Assembly: GCA_036172245.1 (NCBI GenBank) | Contig: JAYWIR010000031.1 | Location: 744,001 to 808,000, forward strand | Direction: 5' to 3' | DNA length: 64,000 nucleotides | From: Raillietiella orientalis | Taxonomy: Eukaryota | In this document: piece by piece, positions 50,601-61,611 of the stretch | How the letters are laid out: each line of letters starts with the position of its first letter | How positions within the stretch are numbered: the first letter of the stretch is position 1 | Notes under the pieces: generated by a model | The model's database searches: none | What the model was told of the DNA's origin: nothing | Seen by the model: the letters and a program-made list of their open reading frames with translations, nothing else | Translations under genes and position numbers: made by a program

Positions 50601-52379
50601 TTCACCAGCTGAAGCCGTTTTCGCTTGACCACTTTGGTCGCCGCTTTTTCTTTTTTTTTTTTCGTACAGGCGAGTTCCTTTGGCCGGCCATCAGATGGAG
50701 CCAGCAGATGTCCTTCTGTGGGAGAACAAACCTAGGGCGTAGGGTCCCGAGTAGCAACCTCCAAATGCTCATTTCCGGAGGACCTCAGCACGCGACAGCC
50801 TTAGCATATTTCCACCAGCGCGAATTTTGCTCCAGCTCTCAGTGGTTCCCTTTGAGAGAAGCAAGGATCCTCCGATACTATCGCAGGAGTTCTTGCGACT
50901 CTTCCTTGGCGCTTGTGAGTACCGGCTTCATTGCAGAATGCTCTCTCCTGGGATCTGAGATGGATTTGCTAACTGAACACTGCAGCAGCGCCCAAAATTC
51001 AGCAGCTTGACGGGAGGGGTCCTGCATCTCTCCTCTGATCAAAATCCCTCTGCTTCTCATTCTTGTGCTTTCCCTTGCCCACTTCCCGCCACACCGCCAC
51101 GAGATGGCAGGATAATCTGAACCCCTTAGAACATCGCTGCGTCGCTAGAGAAGAGTAAGTAAACTCCCGACCGCCGGATGGCACTGCGAGCAACTAAGCG
51201 TCTCGCATAGAATCGTGCGCATAAAACCGGTTCGCGACTCCGCCTGAGGTGATGATGAATCGCATGATCCTCCGAGGGCCATCTTGGATGGCCTCCGGAG
51301 CTACGAAGGCAGCAGAAAAGGAACCACACCCTGCTGAGAAGTTCACTCCTCAGTTCACCACGTCCCTTCTGGATGGGGGGGCGGCCTAGTGCATTTCGGA
51401 GGCGCGTTGATTTTCCGGCAGAGCTGGTTAGGATCACCGGGGCAACAGAGTGCTGAGGCTTGGAACGCGCACCACCCAATTCCCCGTGATGGACGCTTCA
51501 TCGGGAACCACTGCCAAGCGGATCAGGAGAATCGACTTCTCTGGTTCCTTTTGAGAAATGGGGGCAAGGGCTCGCGGGACGGGTAGCAGAAGACCGAATA
51601 CCCTGAGAAAACTTCCAAGTCCCAGACTTTCTGATTGATGCCTCCGTCCTTCTCCTTCACTTCCGGCACGCCTCTGTACTGCTGGCCCACTAAAAACCTC
51701 TCTGGGGACGAGGGAAGCACCACGGCTTAGAGGGTGGGGGGTCTCCAAGGGACGCACCCACTGCAGAATGGTGGCAGCCCTTCCGCACGCGCTTCTGGAG
51801 TGTTCCACAAGCGGCAACAAGGCGCGCGCTCATCTCAGGGCACTCTCCAGCTTCCCAGGGGAGCCCCAGAACAGACTCGCCAGCTGTCCCTTTTCTGGGA
51901 GCAGACAACAGCGCTGGCTGTCCAGATGGATGGAGGCTTGGATGGCGGCTACCATCCAAGGGAGACCCACCAAGAAGTTGATTGCGCATCCGTCACACCC
52001 TCGTCCACCGCACTGTCCCCCCCCCCGGGGGGAAGGATGAGCCAGTAGACAAGCGACGAGGGGAGGGGGGGGGGGCGCTGGATGCTGCCGCACGCCATCT
52101 CAGTTTCCAAATACTTGGCTCACCTCCGCCTGCCTTCTGGGGATTCCCTGAACTCCAAGTTGCCACCGGGGTTCCATCCGCCGAGGGGTCCTGCGACGGG
52201 GTTGTTGCAGCTCGCTGGTGTGACCAGCAACTGGACGGCAGCCTGCCTGGCTGACGAGACTACTCCGGCGCAACGGGGGCAAGGGCTCGCGGGCCGGACA
52301 GCAGAAGACCGACTGGGGCAAGGGCGTGCTGGCTCCCTCCTCTCCACGGCAACTCTACCTCGCGCCGTGGACCCGTGCG

Positions 52380-52725
52380 CCACAGGTGGTGCCACAGCTG
52401 CAAGAGGAAAAGGGGAGGGGGAGTTGCGCGCTGGATGAGGGGTCGATTTCTCCTCCTCAAATGCACACACATCTCTTGTTCCTCCTCATCATCATCATTA
52501 CCATCACCACCATCATCATCATTCTCCTTTTCATTTTCCTCTTCCTCCCTTCCTCCTCCTGCTCCTTATTCTCTTTGGTCTCATCTTTCTTCTTCTTCTC
52601 ATCTTCCCCCTTTTTCTCATCCTCCTCTCCTCATCCTTCTGGACCAGGTGGCTGTGCTCTCCATCCGGTGCTGGTGACGTCATCAGAGATGTCTCTTACC
52701 AGGACGAAAACCCCGAGGCGCTTCT
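52380..52725 (+). repeat. ~350-bp diverged direct repeat with (CAT/CCT/CTT)-rich core, partner at 55545-55925
   Basis: Non-repetitive flanks align on both sides of the low-complexity core: agaggaaaag..tcgatttct..gcacac and catccttctg..catccgg..gacgtc..gatgtctc..ggacgaaa.ccc.aggc.cttc. Confidence 0.88.
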
Positions 52726-54359
52726 CCATCAGAGAGGGGCCTTCTCCGGACGATGTAGGAGAGAAAATGCTGCGCAGCATCCGGGAAACCCAGGCCGTCC
52801 ATCCCGAGGCTAGGTCCTGCCGGAACAGGAAGGAACTCTCATCTCTGAACGCCTCCATGCCACAGGGGGCGGCGGGCGAGGTGACCACTCCTGAGAGAAG
52901 GGGACGCCTACCGTATTCTGCGGCATCCAAGCAGCAGGAGGACCACAGACTGATGATCCTTTCCCTCCTCCTCCTTTCCCCACTCCCCGGGAGGGCAGAG
53001 TGCCCAGCGGGTGTTACACCCTAACCCTTCCTGGTTCGATCGTCGCAAAAAAATTAGCATTGCGAAATACCCACGTTTGCCCCTCCCGGACTACCCTTCG
53101 CTGATCCTGAACTGATCCTTGAACGTGGGAATGACCCCGTCAAGACCGCATGAAAAACGGGAAACGCGATCGTCGCTCGTGAGGCCGTTCCATCCCAGCA
53201 TCCCCTCGTTTGCTTCTTTTTCGACCGAACCTTGCCTCGCTCCTCCCTGGGGTCTGTCCCAAGGGAGGAGGGCGTGACCTTGGATCAGCGCCCCCTTCCT
53301 TCTCCAAAGAGATCCTCGCTTGCTTCACTGGAATCGATGGTGCGTGGCCATCAGGGTATGGGCTCCAGGAGCATTGGGGAGCTTCACCTCGCCCACCAGC
53401 TACAACCTCCTCCCCCCCTCCAGGAATGACCACCCTGACCGGTGCCGAACCGAGAGGACATGCTGGGTCCGGGAACGAGGAGTAACGCGGCCCGTCCTCT
53501 CGACCCTGTAGCGGGAAAGCGAGGATGTCAGGGAAGCTGCGTCTGCAACCGCCTGCGCAGGGAGAAAATTCGGCGCTCCTGGAAGGTGGCCAGGATGTGG
53601 AGGGGGAGCTGCCGGGATCGCCCGCAAGACCGCGCGGGCGTGAATTCTGCGACTCCCAGGAAAAAGGGAAGAATAGAAGAAGAGGAAGAAGGGAAAGAAA
53701 AAAAAACGAGGTCGCTAGCGGGCGACTTGGCAACGGCTGCATCTCCTCCTCCGTCGTCGTCACTGCCGCGTGATGCGATCCGGGCGTCCGCAACGGTGGA
53801 AAGAAGGGAAAGGGAGGAGGGAGGGGGCGTGTGCTCCTCCTGCGTCTCTTCTTGTCCCGTCAGGGAACGACTGAACTCCCCCACCGCCGCGCGCCCACGG
53901 GGAGGGCGCCCCGCCCCAATCCGCCAGGTAGGAGACTTGAGCGCCCCGGACGCCGTGGCGGCGGACCCCTCTTGGGAAGGGGAGGTGCGCCTTCCCTCAG
54001 GACCCCAGCAAGGAGTCGGTCCGCTGCGTTCTCCGGGATACGGAGGGACTCTCCCCACGCCCTACCTGGGAGCCTTGGGCGACTCCCACAGAAGAACATG
54101 CGCCTGCGGCCCGTGCCGATCCCCACTCACCCACCTATCCACGCCCGTCCCACGGCGCGCTTCGGCGCGGGCCGATGGGGGACGGAGCAGAGCAGAGCGA
54201 GCGCCGCGAGCGGTCTCGCCCCGTGTCCGCATAGGGCGCTGCCCGCCAGCGAACTGCACTCTCTGAGAGGCGCATCGATCGCGCCGCCGCCAGCATCCGG
54301 CAGCAAGATAGCGCGCAAGGAGACGAGGAAGGGAATGTAGGGCCGGAGAAGAGGGACGC

Positions 54360-54560
54360 CGCTGCGCGCGCAGCTGCACTAACCTTGCGGGGAGGCAAAA
54401 GAAGAAAAAAAGGCATTCTTCCGCAGCCTCCCAGCGGCGCGCGCGCGAGCTCTTCCGTCCCTTCCCCAGTCCCTCCTCCTCGACTCGGGGAAGGAAGCTC
54501 GAGGAAAGCGCGTGCGCCTGGTGACGTCACGCAACGACAGCAAGTCTCCGCCGGAGGCCT
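54360..54560. promoter_or_regulatory. GC-rich promoter-like segment with CRE palindrome (gtgacgtcac, 54521-54530)
   Basis: CpG-dense context ~410 bp upstream of an ATG-initiated 300-codon ORF. Motif match only. Confidence 0.35.
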
Positions 54561-54938
54561 TCCCGAGTGGCAAAGAAAACCGCATCCACGCCGCACCGTA
54601 TGGGCTCGCCGGGGGTTAGTGCGTAAGACTTGGGATAGCGCGACCTTTGCAGGGCGTGAACGGTGTGTGCCTACGTCGCTTCTTCTCCCTGCCCTTCTTT
54701 CTTACCGGATGAAAGTCTCACCCTCTCTGCGCGTGTGCCTGGACGCGCCTTTCCGCCCGGCCGAAGGTCCCCTCAGAGAGAAGGGAGGGTGGAAGCCACG
54801 TAGGCGCACGCCGTTCGCACCCTGAAGAGGTCGCTTTACCTCACGATGACCTACCTGTCCAGCCTACGCCGGCCTCCCAGCTGACTGGCTGGCAGCTCCT
54901 TCCCTTGGCGTCTCCATTCCGATCCGCCGCCTCCAGCA

Positions 54939-55841
54939 ATGTCACTTCCGGTCCTCAGGCCCCCGATCTGGGGGAAGCGCCTCCCGTGGGACGATGAGGA
55001 GGAGGAGAGACGCCCCTTGGTGGTTCCTCCGCGCTCCCGCGGCGGCCGGAAAAGCGACAACCAGGGAAGGAAGCGCCTGCCGGGAGAGAAAGAGGTCCGC
55101 GGGAGAAGGAGGTCGCTTCCGGTTCCGAGCCAACACGAGACCCTCTGCTGGCCAACGGGTTTCCTCGAAGACCCGCCAGATGGAGGGGCGGACGGGGAAA
55201 GCGACAGATCCGAACTCCTCCTCCCGCGACGGAAACACCACCCTCTCTCGAACGCCCCCCGATGCTCGAGAGATCAGCGGGGTCTCTCCTTCCCGGAGGG
55301 CCGTTTCGATTGGGCAGGTCCTGTCAAGCCCCCTCAGCGGAACGCGGAAAGACGCGCAACCATCGAAAAACTTGGTGCCTGCCGCACGCCTTGCTCCCCG
55401 GGAAGGAACACCCGGGAGGTCTCGCTGCTGCAGGAGCTCAGCTCCCTTTGGAATGCGTGTGCTAGGAGGGGAGGAGAGGAGGCAACGGCCTCAGCCCCCT
55501 CCTTGCGAGGCGGGGCTCTTTCGCACCGTGGACCATGGGGCCATAGGAGGCGCTGCAGCCGCCAGAGGAAAAGTTGCGTGGGGAAGTTGAACACTGGTGG
55601 AGGAATCGATTTCTTCTCTCCAAGCACACGCACACTTCCTCCTCCTTCTCATCATCATCATCACCATTACCACCATCCTCATCAATTTCCTTCTCATCTT
55701 CCTCCCTTCCTCTTCCCTTCTTCCTTCTTCCTCCCTTTCTCTTCCTCCTCCTCCGTTATTCCTCCCTTCTACCTCTTCCTTTCCTCTTCTCTCCTTCTCA
55801 TCCACTCATCCTCCTCCTCCTCATCATCGTCATCCTTCTGA
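54939..55841 (+). CDS. Hypothetical 300-aa orphan protein with His-rich and Ser-rich tail
   Basis: Longest ORF in the supplied track, true ATG start. Shares short motifs (CWPT, LSxxW, HRxxxSxxRK) with the paralogous segment at 51.5-52.7 kb. No recognisable domain, and GC richness alone could keep it open. Confidence 0.25.
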   Translation: MSLPVLRPPIWGKRLPWDDEEEERRPLVVPPRSRGGRKSDNQGRKRLPGEKEVRGRRRSLPVPSQHETLCWPTGFLEDPPDGGADGESDRSELLLPRRKHHPLSNAPRCSRDQRGLSFPEGRFDWAGPVKPPQRNAERRATIEKLGACRTPCSPGRNTREVSLLQELSSLWNACARRGGEEATASAPSLRGGALSHRGPWGHRRRCSRQRKSCVGKLNTGGGIDFFSPSTRTLPPPSHHHHHHYHHPHQFPSHLPPFLFPSSFFLPFSSSSSVIPPFYLFLSSSLLLIHSSSSSSSSSSF

Positions 55842-56856
55842 ACAAGGAGCCTATGCTCTTCATCCGGGGCTGGCGACGTCCACGCGGATGTCTCCCACTC
55901 GGACGAAAGCCCCAAGGCCCTTCAGTCTAGGACTCTTCGGCAGCAGCGGTCGCTCCCCATTCCTTCCTGCTCCTTGGGTGTGGTGGAGGTGGTGACGCTC
56001 AGGAGGAAGGAAAGAGGGGTCTCGCGTCCCCAAGCCGGGTGGCGCGCCGCGCGTGTTCTCAGGCACCAGGTTCTCAGGCAGACCCGGATCCGGCCGCGAG
56101 TATGGGCGAAACGAAAGTTCCGTCCGCTCCATCGGGTGTCGCCGTAGCAACGCTGCGTCCTCCGGTTCCTGCCGGTCTTCCCCGCCTCCGTGCCTTCACG
56201 CCTTGGCAAGTGTCCACATCGAGGGGCTCGCCAGAATTCTCTTGGCGGCGACCCTCGGCGACCCTCGCGGCAGGAGTCACGCACGAGTAGCCCCGCGTCG
56301 GGGCGAGAGCACCGGCCCCCATCCCCCTGTGAAGGCTATCTCGCGCGTACTCGAGCGGCGAGGCACCAGCACCATCCCCGCTACCAGCAGCCAGTATCCA
56401 GCCGCAAGATGGAACGCGGAACAAGTGAGAGAGGAAGGGAGGGAAAAGGGGAGGAAAGGCAGGCGGACCCTTCGGAACGCTAAGAGCCGCCGTTTGGTCG
56501 CTTCCGGGGAACAAGAACAACTCCTGCGCGCGTTGAATATTTCTGGCAGGCGAGCGCAGACGCCCAAACGAGGCACAATTCACCCTTGTTCGGTCAGCCA
56601 ACCACCCCACCAGGAGGATGACTATCTTAAGCGGACTGAATCAAGGCTGCTCTCTCCGATCTCTTCTTGCCTACACGTCCCCATGGAAACCATTTTCTGC
56701 AGATCGAGAGCCTTGCTCAGGGGAGACTCTTTCCTGACCTCGGTGCTATCAGAGGACCCATCAGATGCTTTAAGAACGCGTCTCGCGAGGTCACAAGGTT
56801 GAAGAGTCGGTTCACAGGAAACCTAAGGATACTGGCTGCCACTGAACTAAGGGGAG

Positions 56857-57600
56857 AGTTGGCGGCCGCGTGGCTGCGGTCTCCACACACAAGTTGCGAG
56901 TTCGAATCCCGTTCGAGGAAAGATCGACACTGAGAAATGGACGCATCTTGGGTTTCCAGACGCCCCCCGCAGGATGACGCTGTTTTGGCCTACAGGCTTC
57001 AGGCGCGGGGGCACTGATAAAAGACCTGATCCTTGACTGGCCAGGATTGGAAGTTGACCCGCCGAGGTCCTTCTAGGAATCAAGGAGTCTTTCGGGGCTC
57101 CCCTCCGGTTGTGAAAATGGAGCCGTCCTTTCCCCTCGGAGGGAGGCCCTCCATCTCGTATCATGGAGCTGATGGATCAATAGGCTCTCCAGAGTGTGGT
57201 GAAGAAGCGCGCTGCTCCCTCGGGGAGCGACCCTTCGGAGAAATGGGGAAGCATCCCTTCGAGGTTCTCTTCAGAGGAGGAGGAAACAAGGAGCGGATCC
57301 TTTTCGGGTTCTCTTCGGGGGAGAAACGAAAAGCAGCCCCCACAAACAGGAGGGGGGTTCCACAGGAGAAAATAAGAAAGAGGTTCCCTCCAGGGTGACC
57401 TACTAAGCTTGAAAGGAACGGACTCCCTTCTCCGGAACCCTTCCTGGATTCATGGGGTGGCACCCCTTAACTTGAAGAATTACCACACGCACCTTGGGTG
57501 GCGTGGAATAGCATTGAAGAGTTCCGTGAGATGCCCGGCGAACGACGGTTCTCGAGTACTTGGGGAGTCAAACAGAAAACCCGAAAAAAAAAAAAAAAAA
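56857..57600 (+). mobile_element. tRNA-headed SINE, copy E (full length, poly-A tail, target-site duplication)
   Basis: B-box gagttcgaatccc 56898-56910, family core, 3' ggttctcgagtact, A17 tail. Flanked by aactaaggggag (56845-56856) and aactaacgggag (57599-57610), 11 of 12 identical. Confidence 0.9.
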
Positions 57601-60600
57601 CTAACGGGAGCAGCACTCTCATTCCCCAACCATCGGAAGAGCACAAGTGCGTGGGCGGAAAGGCAGCCGAGACGGGAGTTCGAGGCTCCAAGACCGTGCG
57701 TCCGCCTCAACGATGGTTCTGCAAAAGAGGAGGGAGTCAGCGATCCCTGCAACTTTCTCTCAAGCTAAGGCGGATGAAGGAGGGGGGGAGGTGCCCGCCG
57801 TAAAATCCCTCCCCCCTCCTTCCTTCCTCCTTAGTGACTTCCTTCTACGATGCCGTGCCGCAATGTCCTTCCGTCAGCGTCGACCAGGATGACGCCGCGC
57901 GAGTTTCAGGTGGATGCGCCAGCGACGGTTCTCTCCCTTCGGATATACATACTCCAGGCGATCACTTTTCTGTTTTTCTTCCTCGAATCGTGGTCCACGA
58001 GAAGTGCCGCGCGCACGCGCAGCTAGCTCCACGAGCGGGAAGCGCATCCCGGGAAACAGGCAGCGAGCTCCGAAGCGCAGGCGCTCGAACTTCGGAGGCC
58101 TCGAAGAGCGGCCGAATGATTGCTATTCGGAAGAGCACACCAGCCACGAAGAGATTCATTTATTGAGAGTATTGGAACGGTTCACTCCCTTCACGAGCTG
58201 GTGAGTGACCACTTCTCGAACGAAGCCTCCGTTTGTGAGCTAAGCATTCTTCTAGCCCACTTGCATGAGTTTCCCAAGAACTTGGTGACCTTTTCTTTTT
58301 CCGTCCAGATAAAGCTGCTGCTCGTAGTTTGACCCTTGCACTGTCCTGTAGCCGCCCTACGAGCTGCTTCCACGGGGCATTCGGTATTCAACGGATAATG
58401 AGCATAACTTCGATCCCATGGGCCAAATGCACCTTTGACCTTGATGCCTGTTCTAAGGATAGCTGACAAACCATATCATGACGCACCCTTTCTCAGCCAC
58501 TTCCCAGCACTTCGATGATTTTGTGTGCAGCTTCCTTTTCCTCTGTAAATAGGAATAGTCCGCCATAAAATCCCTTTCCCTGTTTTTTTTGTGAGCGTAT
58601 CCCAGGCACCCGTAGGTTGTCTAAAAGTAGATGCACACATATCATCATTCCAAGTGCATTTTCCTGAAAGGAGGATTCTGGGATGCCTTCATTTTACAAG
58701 AGTGGTCCTAAAGAGAGAATGTTTGCATAATCTTAATGACGATTTTAGTCGCCGGTCGAATAAAAGTGCACATCACATTACTTTTACATAATTAACTAGG
58801 AGATGAGACATGACTGTGATGTGGGATGAAAGTCTAAGAAACGAATCAAGCGGAGTAATGAAGAACGTGCTTAAAAATTTCCAGAGCACAGGTGACTCTT
58901 TGGATGCATTTGCAAAAAAGCTCCTAATGAATTCTCTGAGGGCTCTCAGCTTATTTCTCACTTGCGTTCCGTTCTAGGTGTGGGCTAGACCACTGAAGCA
59001 CGCAAAGAATAAGCGAGGATCTGTTAGAGTGCCTGAACTCCTGGCAGAAAATAAACCAAATTATTGTTCAAGGAAAATTTCTTCACGTGTCGACAAACTC
59101 CTTTATTTGCACCTAGGATTGCTGGAAGCAAGCAGGGAATCGTTGCCTTATGGAATGCAAACAGAAGATTTCCTACAGACAGCAGCAGATCATCTCAGGA
59201 TCCAGACTCTTCGAATTTTCCCAGGGCTTTCTTATGTAGGTTTGAAAGTTGACCCTTGCCGCACGTAGGAGACTGTAATTGCAGTGTTTCAGTATTCCTG
59301 AGGAACATCGACGACAGGTTGATACAGTAACGCTACAGTAATCTCAATTTCCACATCATTTGTTTTATCATTCCGATTTCTTCACTATTCAACACCCAGA
59401 AACGGTTATCTTTTCAAACTATTCCAAGAAGAAGAAGCTTCTGCTGAACAATGCACCATTGGTGTTAAATGAATTTTGCCTCTCTTTCAAGTGATGTCGC
59501 ATTTGTCAGACTCGCATTCTACCAGGAAGTCTCGGATGTTCAAGAACGTCCTTGTATGTCTTTATTTGGAAAGATGCATTGCTGTGCGTACACCGAGGAT
59601 GCGAGGGAATGTTTCCTCGACAATCTGGAATTTTTCTCTGTGTTCACATTTGCGCTCAGAGAGACACAAAATCGGATGACACGCTAGCAAAACACCTTGA
59701 CGACAATGATCAGTACAAAAGTACATTAATGATTAAGCAAATCATCAGCTTCCAAAGAGGAACGTGATTCTTGATCATGCAGCTAACGAAATGATGACCT
59801 GTGTAGCTGGTTATGCAGATGGGTTCGCTTTAAATTCCTTTCTTTACCTGTTTTCTCAGGACTGTCTTTGAGGTCCAAACTTCAAACTTAAAAAAGGAAA
59901 AGGATGGTATTTTTAAACACTGAAGGCTGATCAGACTTTCTATCCGTGAGCACTATTTTCGCCCAAAGGATCACCTTTTTGAATATGACAGTGTTTGCTT
60001 TTCCATTGCGGAGACGTGCAGTCTCTTGTATACATCCCTTTCCTACCAAGGATCCAAGAAACCAATCCCTTTTCTTATTCATGCTGCCCGAGTTTCCACC
60101 CACACTCAACACGATTGGATTCTTTGCAATAGCACTAGTGTAGTCGTGCATCACTTTAGATGTGGGGGTCAGCATGATGAATGGGACTTGGCCATAAATA
60201 CCGGGCTTGTTTTCAGAGATTTCTCCTTTACTTGCAACGTGAATTACAAGTCCGTAAAAGGTAAATTTTTTGTGGCAAATTGCATGAAGTAATGCGAACT
60301 TTTCATTTTCCTTAATGAGACGATGAGAACCCCTAATGGTGCACTGCTTCCTCGTCTTGGCTGCACGTTTACGTTCGAGTGGCTAAGGCTGTGGAAAACT
60401 CATTGCCAAAAGTCAGTGCTGAGAACACCCCACTTCATCGCTCCTCTTTTATCCATTCGGTTTTTTTTTTGGTCCATTTTTAATCGGTTGCCATGGCTGT
60501 TCCACTTGGTTCACTGGTTGCCCTTTGTTTGCCAACATTGGTTTGGAGGGCTCGCCTTCAGTTCTGGCTTTTTTGAGATGGTGGAAGAATGATTCTCGGG

Positions 60601-60971
60601 CCCTGCAGTGAATTCTTCTTCCACGAATAATTCTCAATTACTATCTGTTAAGATACGTTGAAGAGTGGAGTAGCAGAGCTGATGCTGATGTTCGCCTGAA
60701 ATCTCTAACATACCTCCATCACAGTATGGATCCTGGACGATGCAACGTGCCAAGCATTTGGAAAAATTGAAACTTAGGACACGAGCGTTCTGTATTGGTT
60801 ATGGAGGTATCGAAGTAATGGGACTGAATGAAAACAGGAAAATGTTCACAGTTTTAATGGTGTGCGAAATGGACCGATATTTTTTTTTCAAAATCACAAA
60901 ATCATCGAGCACAGTAGGTGGACAGTTCCGCAAAGTCACACACATCTGTTCACGTTGTGCTCCACCCCCCC

Positions 60972-61001
60972 TTTCTTCTTCTTCTTCTTCTTCTTCTTCT
61001 T
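60972..61001 (+). repeat. (TTC)n microsatellite
   Basis: Seen directly in the sequence. Confidence 0.9.
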
Positions 61002-61499
61002 CCTTTTTTTTTCAGGAAGTATGGATACATTTAATGTTCCATTCATTTCCTCAACTCAGAAATGTTCACGCGATGGGCAGCGCAGTTTTTGGTTTTTCCC
61101 GTCTGCCATTACGCTTGCAGTGATGCAACACGCGACGCAATAGAATTCGAGATTCGAGTTTTCAAGAGATTACCACCGTCTCAAATCGTACCTCCTTCTA
61201 CTCCTTCGAATTTCCCATCGGTTTGCCTTAATGCCCGCGGAAGCCGAGTTTGACTTCCTTTTCTTTTCTTTTTTTTTTCCCCTTCCAGGTTGCAAGAGGA
61301 TAAGTACGTGAGATCCGCGTGCTGCTTATTGATCATTGTCTTTTTGTTCTTACTCATTAATTTCACCCGAAACGCCGCGGGTTTCGATAACTCTTCTAAA
61401 CGCCCTGTGGGAGGATGCAGATCAAACAAATCCAGCTGCAATGAAGTGACCAACGGGGAGATTTTTTCCCCGATTATTTTGGCACGTCGGCCGGGATGG

Positions 61500-61611
61500 T
61501 CATTGCGGACGAAGTTGGCTTCTAAATTTCAATACGCGTCCTTTTCGCCATTTTGAAATTTCGGAAACGTTGAGGGCGCCTGTAGCAACGTAGCGTAACG
61601 AATGTGTGAGT
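61500..61611 (+). promoter_or_regulatory. Probable TSS region and non-coding first exon of the ZAD gene
   Basis: YY1-like cgccattttg at 61546-61555 and consensus donor gtgagt at 61606. Downstream sequence becomes AT-rich, T-skewed and CpG-poor (intron-like) up to the acceptor candidates tctgccatcag (63641) and ttttaag (63650). Confidence 0.55.

Noticed and set aside
52326..53024. 232-aa ORF as a membrane protein gene
   Set aside because: The hydrophobic stretch comes from a triplet low-complexity tract that lacks stops by composition, and the start is non-ATG. Kept only as a repeat observation.
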